Positions 22,545 to 37,427 of a DNA stretch of 64,000 nt are shown here, one piece after another. Position numbers and translations under genes: made by a program. The notes under the pieces were generated by a model, which saw nothing but the letters and a program-made list of their open reading frames with translations, was not told the DNA's origin and searched no databases. The stretch is taken from positions 1-64,000 of the forward strand of contig ADNK01003345.1 of the NCBI GenBank assembly GCA_000320545.1. Direction: 5' to 3'. How positions within the stretch are numbered: position 1 is the stretch's first letter; each line of letters begins with the position of its first letter. The DNA is from Bigelowiella natans CCMP2755. Taxonomy: Eukaryota; Protista; Cercozoa.

Positions 22545-23027
22545 GAAGAACCACCGTATTATCAATAACAGCGATAAGCACATCAGTAGCAGTAGTAGTA
22601 GTCGTAACAGTTTCAAATGTAGTTATGCCAGCAGTAGCAGTAAGATGCTACCACCGTTCCAGGAGGAGGAGGAGGAGGAAGAGAAAACCAGTGAAAATAA
22701 AAATAAAAGCTACTATGTAAAGGATGATAATAGAAGTGATGAGAGAAATGAGGATAATGTTTATGATGAAAATGAAAAAACCAGGAGCAGCACCTGGAAT
22801 AACGATGATGATGATGATAAAAAGGAGGGTGGCCTTCAGCTTCCTCCTCCCCCTCCTACTCCACCTCATCGTCCTATCCAAAACCAAGCGCATGGTCCTG
22901 CTTCTTCTTCTTCTTCTAACCCACGACGAACATCGTCCTCCTTCATACTACCGAGAGCAGAGTTTCGATCTTCCAATGAGCATCTTCAGAGACTCAAAGA
23001 TCTTCTCATGCTATGGGCAAAGTCTGC

Positions 23028-23062
<35 letters not shown>

Positions 23063-25286
23063 ATAGTAGGCCTGTTGCTGCAGGAGGAGGAGGAGGAGGA
23101 GGAGGAGGAGGAGGAGGCGGTGTGTCAGTAGTAGTAGGGAATAATACTAGTACCGACACTGAGAAAGACGACAAAGACTTGGAGGAGAAGGAAGAAGAAG
23201 AAGATGCCATGAAGGCGATTGAAAACACCCTTCGTGAACTCGTAGAAGTCAGTAGTACACGCAACCAAAAATATGGTGGTAATCTTGTGGTTAATGAAAA
23301 TGATGATGATGATGGCGATCATAGTCACGTGGTAGAAAATGAAGAAGAAGAAGGAGAAAACGATGCAAACATAATAGCAGCAGCAGCTACGAAAAGAAAA
23401 AGGGATTTAGATGGAAAAAAACGGGAGGAGATAGAGGAAGAAGGTGACTCTGGTGCTACTCGAGGCAAAGACGGCGACCAGCATTATGATGATGATAAAG
23501 ATTGGAGAAGGATGAATTGGAAGAAGGAGGAAATAGAAGAGGAGTGGGACGATATTCTACAGGTATGTATGTATGTATGTGTGTGTGTGTGTGTGTATTG
23601 TACCCTTTTCTTCTTATTGGCACCTTTCCTTTACAACTACTGCTGCTGTTGCTGCTGCCGCTTCTGGCATAACGTGCACGATGATCGTTTTTTTTTGCTT
23701 TTGTTCATATTGATCTAGTATCTGTTTCTGGTTATCCTTTTATATCATCATCATCATCATCATCATTATCGTCATCATAATCCTTTTCTTCTTCTACTTC
23801 TTCTTTTCTTCCTTGTCTTCTTCTGAATCCGATTAGGCCTCGCAGGAAGTACGACAAGGAGAGGAGGAGAACAAACCCAATGAAAATGAGAAAGAAGAAG
23901 AGAAGGAGGAGGAGGAGGTGTTTGAGGCTGCTGCTGCTGCTAATGATGACGACATTAGCAAAGATGATGAAGATGATGATGATGAAAACGATGATAGCTG
24001 TGGTCGGAAAGTTGGTGTTGAGATTTGGAGACCATCAGAGAAGGTAGTGGTAGTACCAGAAGTACACACCAGGAATATCACGACAATGACGACGACGATG
24101 GGCAGTGAAAAGAAGAGAAAAGAGGAGGAGAGGAAACAAAAACGGAAGAACAGTACCGAACAGACAGTTGCATCAACTCTACACATATATGATGGTGATA
24201 ATTATGATGATCGTCATTATCACATCAAGGAGGAGGGGGAGGAGCATGAGAAAAAAGAAGAGGAAGAAAGGGTGGTTAAACATCATCATCATCATCATCA
24301 AACTGATCTTGGTGAGTATGATAGTATCAACAATAAAGAAGAAGAAGAACAAGAACAAGGAGAAGGGCGGCGACATCAGCCTTCTTCTGAGGGTGGTGGT
24401 GTAGTGAAGGATAGAAGACGTATGATGTCGTCAAGTGGTTGTATCAAAACCATTGCCAGCACTACCACCACCACCACCAGCAGCAGCAGTAGCAACAACA
24501 GCAGCAACAGCAGCAGGATCCCTTTGAATCACATCAGCAGTAGGAATAGTAGTAGTAGTAGTAGTAATAGCAGTGTGCATTTTGCTTTGGACCCACGTCC
24601 CCTTACGACAAGGACAGCAGCAGCAACAACAACAACAATAACAACAACAACAACAACTGCAACATCATCAAAAGGAATATCATCATCATCATCCTCTTCG
24701 TCGTCTTCACGACCCTTATTCTCCCCCCCTTTGACAAAGTCAAAGGTGCTAGTGCATACTAGCAACCCCCTCAAGCTTCATCATCATTATCATCATCCAA
24801 AGACTAAGAAGCGACGACGACTACGACTTGAAAATAGTAGTATCGATAATGTCAGCTTACACAGTAACATCCGTGGTAGTAGAAGTAGTAGTAGCAGTGG
24901 GAGGAGGAGGAGCTTTCCAACCACCACCACCACCACCACCACTACTAGCACCAACTGCAGCAGCACCTTTCCTTCCGCCTCTTCCTTCTCCTTCATCGCA
25001 CCTAAGCGTCGTCGTTCCCCACCTCCATCTTGTGCTCCTCCTCCTCCTCACATGGACGAATTCACTACTAATAAAGAAGTGTTTTTGGACAACACAGCGG
25101 AAATGAATAAGAAGAAAGACGAAGAGAAGGTAAGGGAGGAGAAAGAGCGACGACGACGATCTTTGCTTCCATCTTCAATTGTTCTTGAAAAAGAAGCAGT
25201 CACATCAGTGTCATCATCATCATCAGCAGCAACGTCGTCCAGAAACTCCCCCCCCCTTCCACCATCGGCTCATATCACAAGAAAGT

Positions 25287-25323
<37 letters not shown>

Positions 25324-25964
25324 GCCTGTTGCTGCTGCTGCTTCTCAAAAGAGAAGGAGATTGGTTGAGAAGATGCAGCACGAGGAATTGAAGAGGCAAT
25401 CATCAAAAACTCAGCGTGTAAGTATGATTGTAGTAGTAGTAGTAGTAGTAGTAGTAGTACATGTCGTCCTCTGCCCGACGACCGATCCGCTAAATAGTGT
25501 GAATGTACATTGTTATTACATGTACATAATAATGATGTTGTCTAATCTAAGTATCCTCATCGTCCCAAAATGAAGATGAATTATGTTTGTTGACTTATTG
25601 AACGATGTGATAAAAAGTGTGTATTACTACTATTTATGTTTGTAAATCCACAGCAGCAGAAGCCACCACTCTCTCACCACAATCTATCGGAAGAAGAAGA
25701 AGAAGAGATAAAGAACAAAAATGAATTACGGGCTGATGTGGGAGTAATAGGTCACGGCAAGAAGACTGAGGAGGACAAAATTAGGATGATGGATGATTGC
25801 ACAAAGAAGAATATGGGGGAGGAGAAGAAAGAGAAAAGCGGGAGATATACAACCTGCGTGGAGACGAAGATGAAGAACACCATCATCTCTGGCTCTTCTC
25901 TCATTGCTGCTGCTGCTGCTGTTGTTGCTGCAAAATCTAGGAAGGGAATGGGGACATTGGTTTG

Positions 25965-25997
<33 letters not shown>

Positions 25998-27415
25998 CCC
26001 AATTGTAGCAGCAGTAGAGAAAGATGATGGAGAAGAACCAGAAGAAAAAGACGAGGAAGTACCTATGCAAACCTTATCATCATCATCATCATCATCATCA
26101 TCATTACTACGAGCTGGGGCAACTGCTATTACTCATAATACCGATGATAATGATGGATCTGGCAACAACAATAGTATGATTGAAAATAACAACAACAACA
26201 ACAACAGCAACGACAACTTGCTGCTTCTCTCCCAAGAGTCCATGCAGACATGGATAGCAACGCCTTCGCCACCCAGCAGTGCTCATAAGCACACTAGTGG
26301 ACACTGTACTGACCAAGGAGGAGGAGGAGGAGGAGGAGGAGGAGGAGGAGTAGGAGACCAGAATGACAACAAGATGATGAAAAACAATCACCAGGAGAAT
26401 GGAGGGCCTAGAGCTGCCGCTGTCGTCTTTGGTGGTACTACTGTTGGCAACCAACTACAATTTACACTCACTACTGAACAATCGTCAACAGGCAGTAGCG
26501 ATACTCCTCCTCCTCCTAATGCTGCAATTACAGTAAATGCCACAAGCATCGTAGATGATGATGATAGGGGCATAGGCGATGATGATGATCATGATGATGA
26601 TGATATAAATGATATATATACTACAGAGTATCAAAACTCTATGTTCCCTTCACCCTCTCTTCATCCATCGACGCTATCATCATCGTCGTCTTTTCCGTTG
26701 TCAAATCCTCGTGTGGTACCTAATCCAGAGGAATTTGAGTCACCAGATCATCATCATCATCATCATCATCATCATCGTAATGGTCATGATGATAATAACA
26801 ATAATACTAATAGTAATAATAATGCTCAAGGGGAAGGAGAAGGAGCGACAAGAAGAAGAAGTGGTATGAGACGAATGGATGACATTAATCACCATCATCA
26901 TCATCATCAACTTGGTAAGAAAGATGATAAATATAAACAAGAGCCAGAAAAAGGAACATTTGAGGAAGAGGAGGAGGAGGAAGAGGACCACAAAGACCAG
27001 CAGCTCGATATTGAAGGAAGAGGAGAGACTGATAATGACGATGAAAATGAAGATGAGGAGGATGATAATACCTCTTCGTCTAACAGCTCTCTCTCCTCCC
27101 TTTCTCTTTCGCTAACGCCACCTACCCCCCTCCCCCCCATGATGATGATGATGACGACGACGCGTAACAACAACAACAATACTACTACCACTACCACTAC
27201 TATTGCTACTACTACTACTGCTGCTGTTACCGATGGTCTATCCGGAGAGTCATCGTCGCATGGGGAGGAGGAGGAGTCCAAAATAGGAGAAGACCGAGGA
27301 GGAGGAAGAGGAGGTGAAGGAGGAGAAAATCCTAATAAATTGGCAAAGATGGTGGTTGATGACAACCACATCATCAACCAATACAGGGCACCACTATCAT
27401 CATCATCATCAACAA

Positions 27416-27450
<35 letters not shown>

Positions 27451-27966
27451 CATCCATATCCTGGCAGCAGCAGTAGCAGCAGAAGAAACTATACTACTGC
27501 TAGAAAGCCGCCATTCTTTGTTTACAAATTTGCGCGTAAGCCACCTACATTCGCGGGAAAATTCGATGATCTGGATATAAATGAGAGGCAAAAGGGCAGC
27601 CAAATTTGTGGTGGAGTTATGTATCAAGAGCCTTTCTTCTCAGACCCAAAACATCGCAATTTTAAGCCATATATCATCACCTCATTTGCAAGAGCTCGGT
27701 TCAGGATAGGAGGGTGAGAGAATCATCAAGACAACGACAAATTCATATAATAAATATGAAATCATCTTAATATACAAAACATGTTTACAACTAATGTACA
27801 ACAACTATCATGAAGTACAAACGATTCGGTGTCAGTTAGCGAATAATAATAAAGACTACATTTAGAAAGAGACGGCTCATTTGTTGTAAATGAAGAGGAA
27901 TGATCATTCGTATTTTATATCTGTTTATGTGACCATTGTCAACATATATATACCAGCAGAGCACGA

Positions 27967-27998
<32 letters not shown>

Positions 27999-28729
27999 AC
28001 AAATGGATGATGATGATTATGAGACATTGATAGTAGTAGTAGTAGAAGAGGTCTCATGTTTGGACGACGTTTATATAATTGACACACACACACACACACA
28101 CACACATTCTATCCATCCATCCATCCATCCATCACACGACTACTACTACTTACTACCGTAGCAATCCATCATCATTATGCGTCGAATCAATGTTACTTTG
28201 GGCTGCTGACACTACTAAATTAACAATTATGCCACTTTGTAAGTATTAATTCTTCTTCTTCTTCCTTTTGTTGTTGTTGATGCTGTTGTTATCATTTACC
28301 TACTAAATACTACTATTATTCCTACTATTACTACCTACTACTATCAGTGGTTTGAACGATGCTGAGTCGTTACATTACTATCCATCACCATGGAAAATAA
28401 AGCATCGATCCCATTTTCGTCAACAGCAGCAGCAACAACAGCGCTACTATCATCATCATCAGCAGCAAGAGGAGGAAGAGGTCATCAAGGAGAATAAGAG
28501 CTCTTGTGAAAACAACATTGTGGATCCTCCTTTTCTTCCACCACAAGTATTACAGCAACGTCCTCCTCCTCACCATCCTATCACTCAAAAATTAGCCGTT
28601 TTTATCCCACCTACCCCCTTTGCCGTTTCATCATCACGCCTCAAGACACGATTCTTTGGTGGAAAGTTGGAAGCTAAAGGAGGAGGAGGGCGACAACTAC
28701 TACAACCACCACCCTGCACCACCACCACC

Positions 28730-28760
<31 letters not shown>

Positions 28761-30506
28761 TAATTGCACCATCCTCCTCCTCCTCCTCCTCCTCCTCCTC
28801 CTCTCATCATCATCATCCACTCTTCTTATCGCCACGCATGCAGAAACGTGCCCTTAATACAGTTTTCACATATATTCCTCGAAGACTTCCCCCATCCTCT
28901 TCTTCAGTGCGACTACTGCAATCATGGCAAGATGAGGAGGATGATGAAATGGAAAAAGAGAGACATTCTCGACGATACAAAAAGGAGGACGGGGAGGGGG
29001 GTGTAGTAGTAGGTATAACAACATCCACTCTTACTGCAACTCCTAAGAATAATCCTCACGTGGGTAGTAAGAGGAGGAGAACAAGCAGCAGCAGCAGCAG
29101 CAACAACAGCCGTCCCCTCTCACCGAAATATGATGAAAGATTCGAAGTCCAACGACCGCCTTCACCGAAGTCAGTCCTCACTTATTATACAATCAGTTTT
29201 TCCTAGAAGAAAGAAGAAGATGTGAATGAGAAATAAATGATCATGATCAAGTGTAGTATTGGGGGGGAGGGAGGAGGAAGGAGGGCAGTAATTGAGCGAT
29301 GACTACAAAGATCAGCTCCACAATTATTCGCTCTTTTATGTATAGATATTCAATGATTGTAAGACCGGTGTGTAAATTAATTACTAACCAACTCTCTTTT
29401 TGGGTGTGTGAGTGTGTGTTTTCTGATGGTTCCTCGTAGATATGATGAGCGATCTTTTTTCACACCAAGAACGCAACTTCCACAGCGGCGGAGGAGGAGG
29501 AGGAGGAGGAGGAGGGTGTCATCATCATCAAAACTGTTAACATCTGCAACTAGATCATCACTATTACTATCATCATCTTCATCATCACCTCCCTTGGTGT
29601 CAGTAGCGACGGCGGTATCGATGACTCCTCCTCCTCCTCCTCCTTCTTCTCTTCCTCCTCCTCCTCCAGTGCTACTAACAACAACAACACCAACACCCAC
29701 TACTACTACTACTACTAGTAGCCCCCATCAGCAGCAGCATGATTATAATCGTGCTGTTGATCATCCTGCAATGAGAGGAAAAGGAGGAGCTAATTGGAGA
29801 TTATTACCATCACCATCACCATCACCATCATCATCATCATCCTTATCCCAAAAAGGACTTCAGTATCAGCGATTAGTGCCTCCGCCCTCTCTTTCTATCT
29901 CGTCATCAGCATCTTTAGTTGGTAATAGTAATAATGATGATGATATTGATGATGGTGGAAACAAGAAAAAAGCTACGATCTTTCGTCATAGTAAAGGGGA
30001 GAAAGAATCATCGGTATTGCATCAAGCACTGCCACCTCATCGAGAAAAAGGAGGAGGAGGAGGAGGAGAAGCGCCATCGTATTATCTTTCAGGATCATCA
30101 TCATTATTGTCTCAATCATCGTCATCATCATCATCACATGCTGCTGCTGCTGCTGGTATGATTATGACGCCATCCCCACAAAGTAGTTTGCATGGACATC
30201 TACTATCTCCTTCGTCCCGTCTCCTCTACACATCGAAGAAATCATCATCATCTGCAGCTGCTGCTGCACATTCTTCAGGGGTATGCAACATTACGCAGCA
30301 AGGTACTCCATTCTCGGGGAAAGGGGGGTTGTCATCGGAGACCACTACTAAAAACGGGTTAGGCGGTGGTAACAAGAAGAATTCTGCCAACAAGTTTGGC
30401 GGTGGTTGTGGTGGGAATAATAAAAGCAATAGTCTTACGATGTTGGGGCTCGAAGTTGTACCGGATAGTACCAATAATAAAACGTGTTCTTTTAAGGCAA
30501 CAGCAT

Positions 30507-30540
<34 letters not shown>

Positions 30541-31772
30541 AAGTAACGATAGTAGTAATAGCTGTGGTAGTTGTACGATGAATACTACTCGAAAGCGGGA
30601 TGAGGGGGAGGAAGGGAAGGAGGAGAACAACGCGACAAGTAAGAGCAGCAGCAGCAACAACAACAACATGAATGGGAGTAGTCATAGTAGTAGTAGTAGT
30701 AGTAGTAGTAGTAGGTACGAAGACCGCATGCCTGATCCCTCCAAAGATCGGATTCTGATGGTGGTTTACCGCTTAAGACACGAAATCAATGCCCCAGGAG
30801 GCCCTGCAGATGCCTCTAATGACCAAATGGGAGTTATTATAAATATCAGCAGTAGTACGACGAGAAGTATGATGAGGACTGCGACGACAAAAGGAAAGGA
30901 GGAGGAAGAAGAGGACAAGAAGAAGATCAAATTGAGGAGGGCTCATGTGATTCGAGAACGTCGGCGTCTAGGTCTTCGATCTGACGTGAAGCTTAGTTTG
31001 GTTGTTGGTGAGAATGCTGTCTTACATGAAGTTGTCAAAGTGGTGTGGCAACATGATCCAGATATACTTTTAGGCTACGAAGTTACCTCGAAGTCCTGGG
31101 GTTATCTTCTAATGAGAGCAGAACTCCTTGGATATCCGCTGCTTCGAAATATATCTAGAAACCTCAACGATAAGAACATGGGCAACCAAGCCAGCCTGTC
31201 AAGTAAAAGGAGCAGAGCAGCAGCATCATCGTCTTCTTCCTTCTTGTCAAGAAATAGTAATAGCGTCGCCAATAAGCAGCACATTAGTAGTAGTAGCAGC
31301 AAGTATGGCAGCAACGACAACAACAACAACAACTTTTCCATCCCTACCACCACCACCCCAGCTGCTGCTGGTGGTAGTTCTTCTTCTGCTTCTTCTTCCA
31401 TGCCCTCCTCTTCTTCATCCTCTGGTGGTGGTGGTAGTGGTGATGCTGCTGCCAACTCGTGGAGAATGAAACGTGATGCTGGATTTAAAGTCGCAGGTCG
31501 TATCGTCTTAAATACGTGGCAAGTGCTACGACAGGAGCTCAAACTCAGACACTACGGCTTTGAGTCCGTATGCTTGCATGTGTTGGGCAGAAAGACACCA
31601 TACATTAGCCCTGCGACACTAGCACGTTGGTTTTCTCACCATCATCATCATCATCACAAGTCCTCGTCATCGTTGTCATCGAGCTACCGTAGTAATCTTA
31701 CGACAACAAAGGAGGAGGAGGAGGAGGAGGAAGAGAAGGGTGGGGATAATAATGGCCTCCTAACAAGATTCC

Positions 31773-31804
<32 letters not shown>

Positions 31805-32454
31805 GGTGGTGCTATGTCGCACTACTACTTACTGCGGTGGCGAGTGGTTAAGTACATGTTCGGAAGGTTAGACGGGTTATTTTCCATCCTTGACCGTATG
31901 GACCTTATCTCAAGAACATGCGAGCTTGCAAAGGTATAAACAACAACAACAACAACAAGAGGGAAAAAACAAGTTGTAAAAGAAAACGCGCAGTTTAAGA
32001 GCAGTAGCAGATATTTAGAATAAAATAAAATGATAATTTATATGGACAACGCCTCGGTTTCCCTCCAACCCCCCGATCCCCCCCCCTCTCTCTCACTCTC
32101 TTTATAGATAAAAGTAGTAGTATCTGCTGCTGTTTCTACTACTATTGGTGCTCGGTGCACTACTATATGATTAGTATGTATTCAGGTCTTTGGAATTCGA
32201 TTCATCTCTGTTTTGCAGCGTGGTTCACAGTACCGTGTGGAGTCTCTCCTCTTGCGTATTGCCATGACACAGAATCTTCTTCTCCACTCATGTTAGGAGA
32301 TAATAATAATAATATATAGAATAGTATGTATGCATGTATGTGTGTATTGTTTGTTGTACCCTGCATATGCTCATCAATTCCTGTGGTACGTAATTTGTAT
32401 TTGCTGACCATCACCAGATAATCCTCAACAAATGTGTTCATTGTCGTCGTTATC

Positions 32455-32486
<32 letters not shown>

Positions 32487-32859
32487 ATAGTACGTGTTTC
32501 TTCCTCGTTCTGTTTCTTCCTTCTCCTTTGTTTGTGTTTGACAACATCCAACCAATACTACTCCTCCTACCACTACTCTACTGTTCATAATAATGTCGAT
32601 AAAGGCACCATAACTGAGAGGCAAAAGCAGCCAGCAATGGAGTGTATTCCATTAGTTTGTGAACCTGAAAGCAAGCTGTACACTAATCCTGTGATCGTCG
32701 TAGACTTTCAGTCTCTCTATCCCTCACTCATCATTGCGTAAGTTGCAAGTTGTTGCTGCTCCTAAGTGCTTGCAATGCTGCATTTGACCGATGAGAAGAG
32801 AGACTTTTCTATATTTAAGCAACCTCCTTTACAACGTACCTGTGGTTATTGCCGTAACT

Positions 32860-32927
<68 letters not shown>

Positions 32928-32941
32928 TGTTTAAAATTGTT

Positions 32942-32981
<40 letters not shown>

Positions 32982-33638
32982 ATTGTGCTCTTCTCCCTTG
33001 TTCTGCCCTTCTTATCCCTCTGCTCCTCCTCCTCCTCCCGTCGTTCCCCAGTCAGCAAAACTCAAAAGAAAAACAGTTATTTCATTGTTGTTGTTATTAA
33101 TTGTGTTGTTATTGCTCTTCTAACAGGTACAATATGTGCTTCTCGACTTGTCTGGGCCGTCTTCCTGCTCCCCCCCCCCCCGGTACTTCCCAGAGCGAGC
33201 TTATCAGCAAGTTTCTGAACAGTAGCCGCAAGTTTGGAGTGACTACAATGCCGATGCGACCATTTCTGATGTCACGACTGATAAATGAGGACAGAATATG
33301 GGTATCACCCAATGGTATAGCGTTCGTAACAGCAGAGGAAAGAGCTGGTGTATTGCCAAGAATGTTGGATGAAATTCTAACAACAAGAGTAATGGTCAAG
33401 GAGGATTTACAGAATGTAAAGAAGGGTAAAATGTCGGGAGGGAAGAGCTATGAAAACACGCTTAATGCCCGTCAACTAGCGTTGAAGCTAGTTGCTAACG
33501 TCACCTATGGCTATACCTCTGCTGGTTTTTCGGGTACGTAATATGTTTATTGACTACGTTTCTGTAGTAGAAGAAGTAGTAGTAGTAGTAGTAGCAGTAG
33601 TAGTAGTACGTAATATGTTTATTGACTACGTTTCTGTA

Positions 33639-33671
<33 letters not shown>

Positions 33672-36324
33672 CGTAGTATGTTTATTGACTACGTTTCTGT
33701 AGTAGTAGTAGTAGTAGTAGTAGTAGTACGTAGTATGTTTATTGACTACGTTTCTGTAGTACTAGTAGTAGTAGAAGTAGCAGTAGTAGTAGTAGCAGCA
33801 TAGTAGACAATCGTAAGAATGATGATGATGATGATGATGATGATTACTATATCTAGGGCGCATGCCATGTGCCGAAATCGCTGATGCAATAGTTGAAACC
33901 GGTCGTCGTACCCTGGAAGATGCTCGCAGATTCGTGGAAAGTGAGGAGAAATGGGGTGGTGCACGTGTTGTTTATGGAGACACTGATAGCTTGTTCATCC
34001 ATCTTCCTGGACGCACATGGCAACAAGCAATATCTGTGGGAAAACAAATTTGTCAGGCTGTAACAGCACGTAATCCCCCGCCAATCAAATTGAAATTCGA
34101 GAAGGTGTATCATCCTTGCCTTTTGGTCTCTAAGAAGCGGTATGTTGGCCACATGTATGAGGACTTGCAGCAGAAGACACCCCAATTTGATGCAAAAGGA
34201 ATTGAGACTGTGCGGCGGGATAGCTGTCCTCTTGTTGCAAAGCTGATGGGATCAAGTCTACGCATTCTCTTTAATACACTTGACCTTTCGCAAGTATAAA
34301 TCACATTAATGATGATGATGATGATGATGATGATGGTGATAGTGATGATGATGCATACCTGCTTTTATGAGAACTTGATGCTGATTCAAATATTTGCTGC
34401 TAGTGTAGAAAAAAAAATGATGATCTCCTCTTCTTCTTCTTTTACCATGAGCACTGCCACCAAGTCGGACATTTCTTCCTCTCCCTATTATTATTATTAT
34501 TACACCTACTCTATCTAATTTATGAAAAAGGTGCGGAGTTATTTGTGCGCGCAATTCAGCAAAATTTGGGCCGGAAAGGTTCCCGTGAGCGATTTCGTGT
34601 TTTCCAAGGAAGTTAGACTGGGAACTTACAGGTCGTCGATGTATAAATACAATACACAATACAATAAACATATTCGCTCGTAGATAGATACATAGATAAT
34701 ATAGATAATAACATGCGCTGTAAATTCGTGAGTTACCACTCTTCCTCCTCCTCATTCTCTCCCTTTATTTCTACGATGACTCAAACCTAGTCTTCTTTCC
34801 TTCCTTCCTTCATTTCTTAGAGGTCCAACTCTCCCTCCTGCAGCATGTGTTGCTAGAAAAATGATAAAGAAAGATCCAAACTCGAAACCTTTATTTGCCC
34901 AACGTGTACGGTATGTGGTTGTTGAGGGCGGTCGTTCAGCAAAGATGGAGGAGTTGGTAGTATGTCCCTCCCAGATTGTGCACAAAGGGGGGTCGCACCG
35001 ACGACGAGTCAATGCACACTACTACATTACGCGGCAAGCAATACCTGCACTAGCACGGGTACTCAATCTGTGTGGAGGAATGGTACGATCATGGTTTGAG
35101 ACGATGCCAAAACCAAGGCGTTCCACACAGGTAGTAGTAGTAGTAGTAGTACATGAGGAGGAGGAAGAGGAGGAAGAGGATAGCATCTAACTTAAAATAG
35201 AAGGAAACACTACTATAGATTACTACTACATGCTTTGCTCGTTTTTCTCTCTTTCTTTATCCACTGGAATCTTGACGACTCTTTTACTTACTACCACCAA
35301 AGTAAAGCCATTATCTCCGCTTTAACATCACTCTATCATATAATAATCACATCTCCTTCTTTCACCAACTATGTGGCCTGCTTATGTTCGTCTCTTGCTG
35401 TTTTAGCTTATGGACAATGTGGGGTCTTCAGGCACTCTTCGCAGGTCTTGATAATGATATGATATCTATGTATAAATTGTGTGCAGTTTATACAAAACAC
35501 ACGAACTTTAAACTGACACAACACATCCACATTCGTATGGCCCACATCCAAATCCACATCCAAATCTACACACATACGCAGAGAGTGACACGCTCGATAA
35601 ACACACCTTGTGTATTATTATATATATACATGCGTTTGATATTGCGTTCGTATATGAAAAATGATTGATGTTGATCAGTTACTATTCCTCTACACATTGT
35701 ATCGTCTGCGACAAGCAGGTCCTGCCAATGATTCTCTCGATGCTTAGTCTAGTTCGAATGCGACCAACACTCAGTTTCTCCATTGAATCACCTTTTCGTG
35801 CGAAAAATGAAATCAAGTTTCCCTCACATTTGGATAATAATGCTACCGTTGGGAACTTTATAAAACAGATAACAGGTTCAAGTATGCACAGCAATTCACG
35901 CACCAGAATAAGCCAGAGCTTGTGTAAGACATGTCGCACTCGACCTGGTTTAGCTCAAATTGCTCTAATACGGCAACAACAGAGACTAGAGAGACGGGCA
36001 GGAAAACTCGATTCCATTTGTATTAGCTGCTGTGAACTCAAAGCTGGCGGTCAATGTGCGGCGATTGCTCCGGTAGCGTATAATGCGCGGGGTCAGGATC
36101 AGCATCAGCACCATCGTCAGCATGCTTCATGTGGCGTAGCAGCAGCAGGTTCAAGCACATGCACTGGATACGGAGTGGAGGATCCAATTCCTTGCGAATC
36201 ACTCGCATGCCCCATCTTTTACGAGCGTCATGCCATCCGTTCTAGGCTTAGAAGTTTCGAAAAGAGCTGCGGGGCCACTGGTATCGATACCTCGCCGTCG
36301 CCGGTAAGTGAATGGAATACCTAG
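18697..36324 (+). CDS. REV3: DNA polymerase zeta catalytic subunit (family B), multi-exon, with very large low-complexity insertions; alternative in-frame start at 18553
   Basis: N-terminal [45 protein letters not shown] and CALEAD. Exo-like HDPDILLGYEV..SWGYL..RA and GRIVLNTWQVLRQEL. Pol motifs VDFQSLYPS, RQLALKLVANVTYGYTSAGFSGRMPC, YGDTDS, KKRYVG, KGIETVRRD. C-terminal CysA (CIVC..CKTC) and CysB (CISC..CESLACPIFYER). Confidence 0.96.
33534..33790 (+). repeat. Four tandem copies of GTACGTA(A/G)TATGTTTATTGACTACGTTTCT(GTA)n in a REV3 intron
   Basis: Read directly; translated as R(N/S)MFIDYVSVV x4 in ORF 33492..33803. Confidence 0.9.
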
Positions 36325-37427
36325 ATGGTGAGAAGATCAGAAGTTTGCATGCATGAAGATGAAGTGAATTTTCATATGACAGGGATTAATGAATTACCAT
36401 ACTATCGAGTTGCTGCATGATGGGCTTACATTCAAATTTGCGTTTATGTTATAATGCAATGTAATGCAACCGCGCCTCATTTTCAGCGCTTGTACCGCTA
36501 GACCAGCATACACGTGATGATAATGTATGTGGCGAATTCCAATGCACCACATGCTACATGCACGCATTATTGCAATTGAATCTCGCGCATATATAACGCC
36601 CCTTTCAGATATGAGTGCAAGAACTCGGTTCGTCGCATGATTTGCTATGCTGAAAGTCAATCGATATCGATGATGTACGTAGATTAAGCAAAATGCTAAA
36701 AATCTATACGTGCTAGCGTGTATCTTGTCAATCGCATCCTCCGATGCACACGCACATCAGGCGGTAACTGTGCATGTGTAGCAGACGTAATGGGACGCCA
36801 CAAGGCACAAAGGTAGCGACCTGCATAGCTGGTTAAATGTACATATTCCGATCTATCTCTACATCTGCTAGAGATCTGCGCGCACGTGCGTGCTAGCGTG
36901 CGCGATGAGGATGAAATGTGCATCGATAGCTTTTTGACGCGACGACTACGCCAGTACGTTTCACACATGCATGCAATGCTTCTACTAGAAGCTCCGAACG
37001 GCGCCACGCCGCCCGTGCGATGAGCTACAACATCTGGCTGTACATACATGCATCCTGTCCGTAACACGGTCAAACTGTATGCAAATTCTACATTGAAACG
37101 ATGCAGGTGCGCCCAACCCCAAGTAATTTACGTACAAGATCGCATTGATGCGTGGCGTGCCGGTGCAGACATGTCTAGATATATAATTGTCAACCGCACC
37201 GCATGGCAATCTAGATCATGATAAACATTCGAACATGTGCGTTCACAGCTTTTTTCACACTGTAATCTGGTCCACACATTATTTAGGCAAACTGTGATCT
37301 GTCGCATCTAATTACTTTTTAACTGTCGCAGGAATAAAACCGGGCGGAAATAGAATGTTACGCGAAACGCCATACCACTCATTTGTCACTGTCATGGCAG
37401 TGCCCACATAGATTTTCCATATGATTA

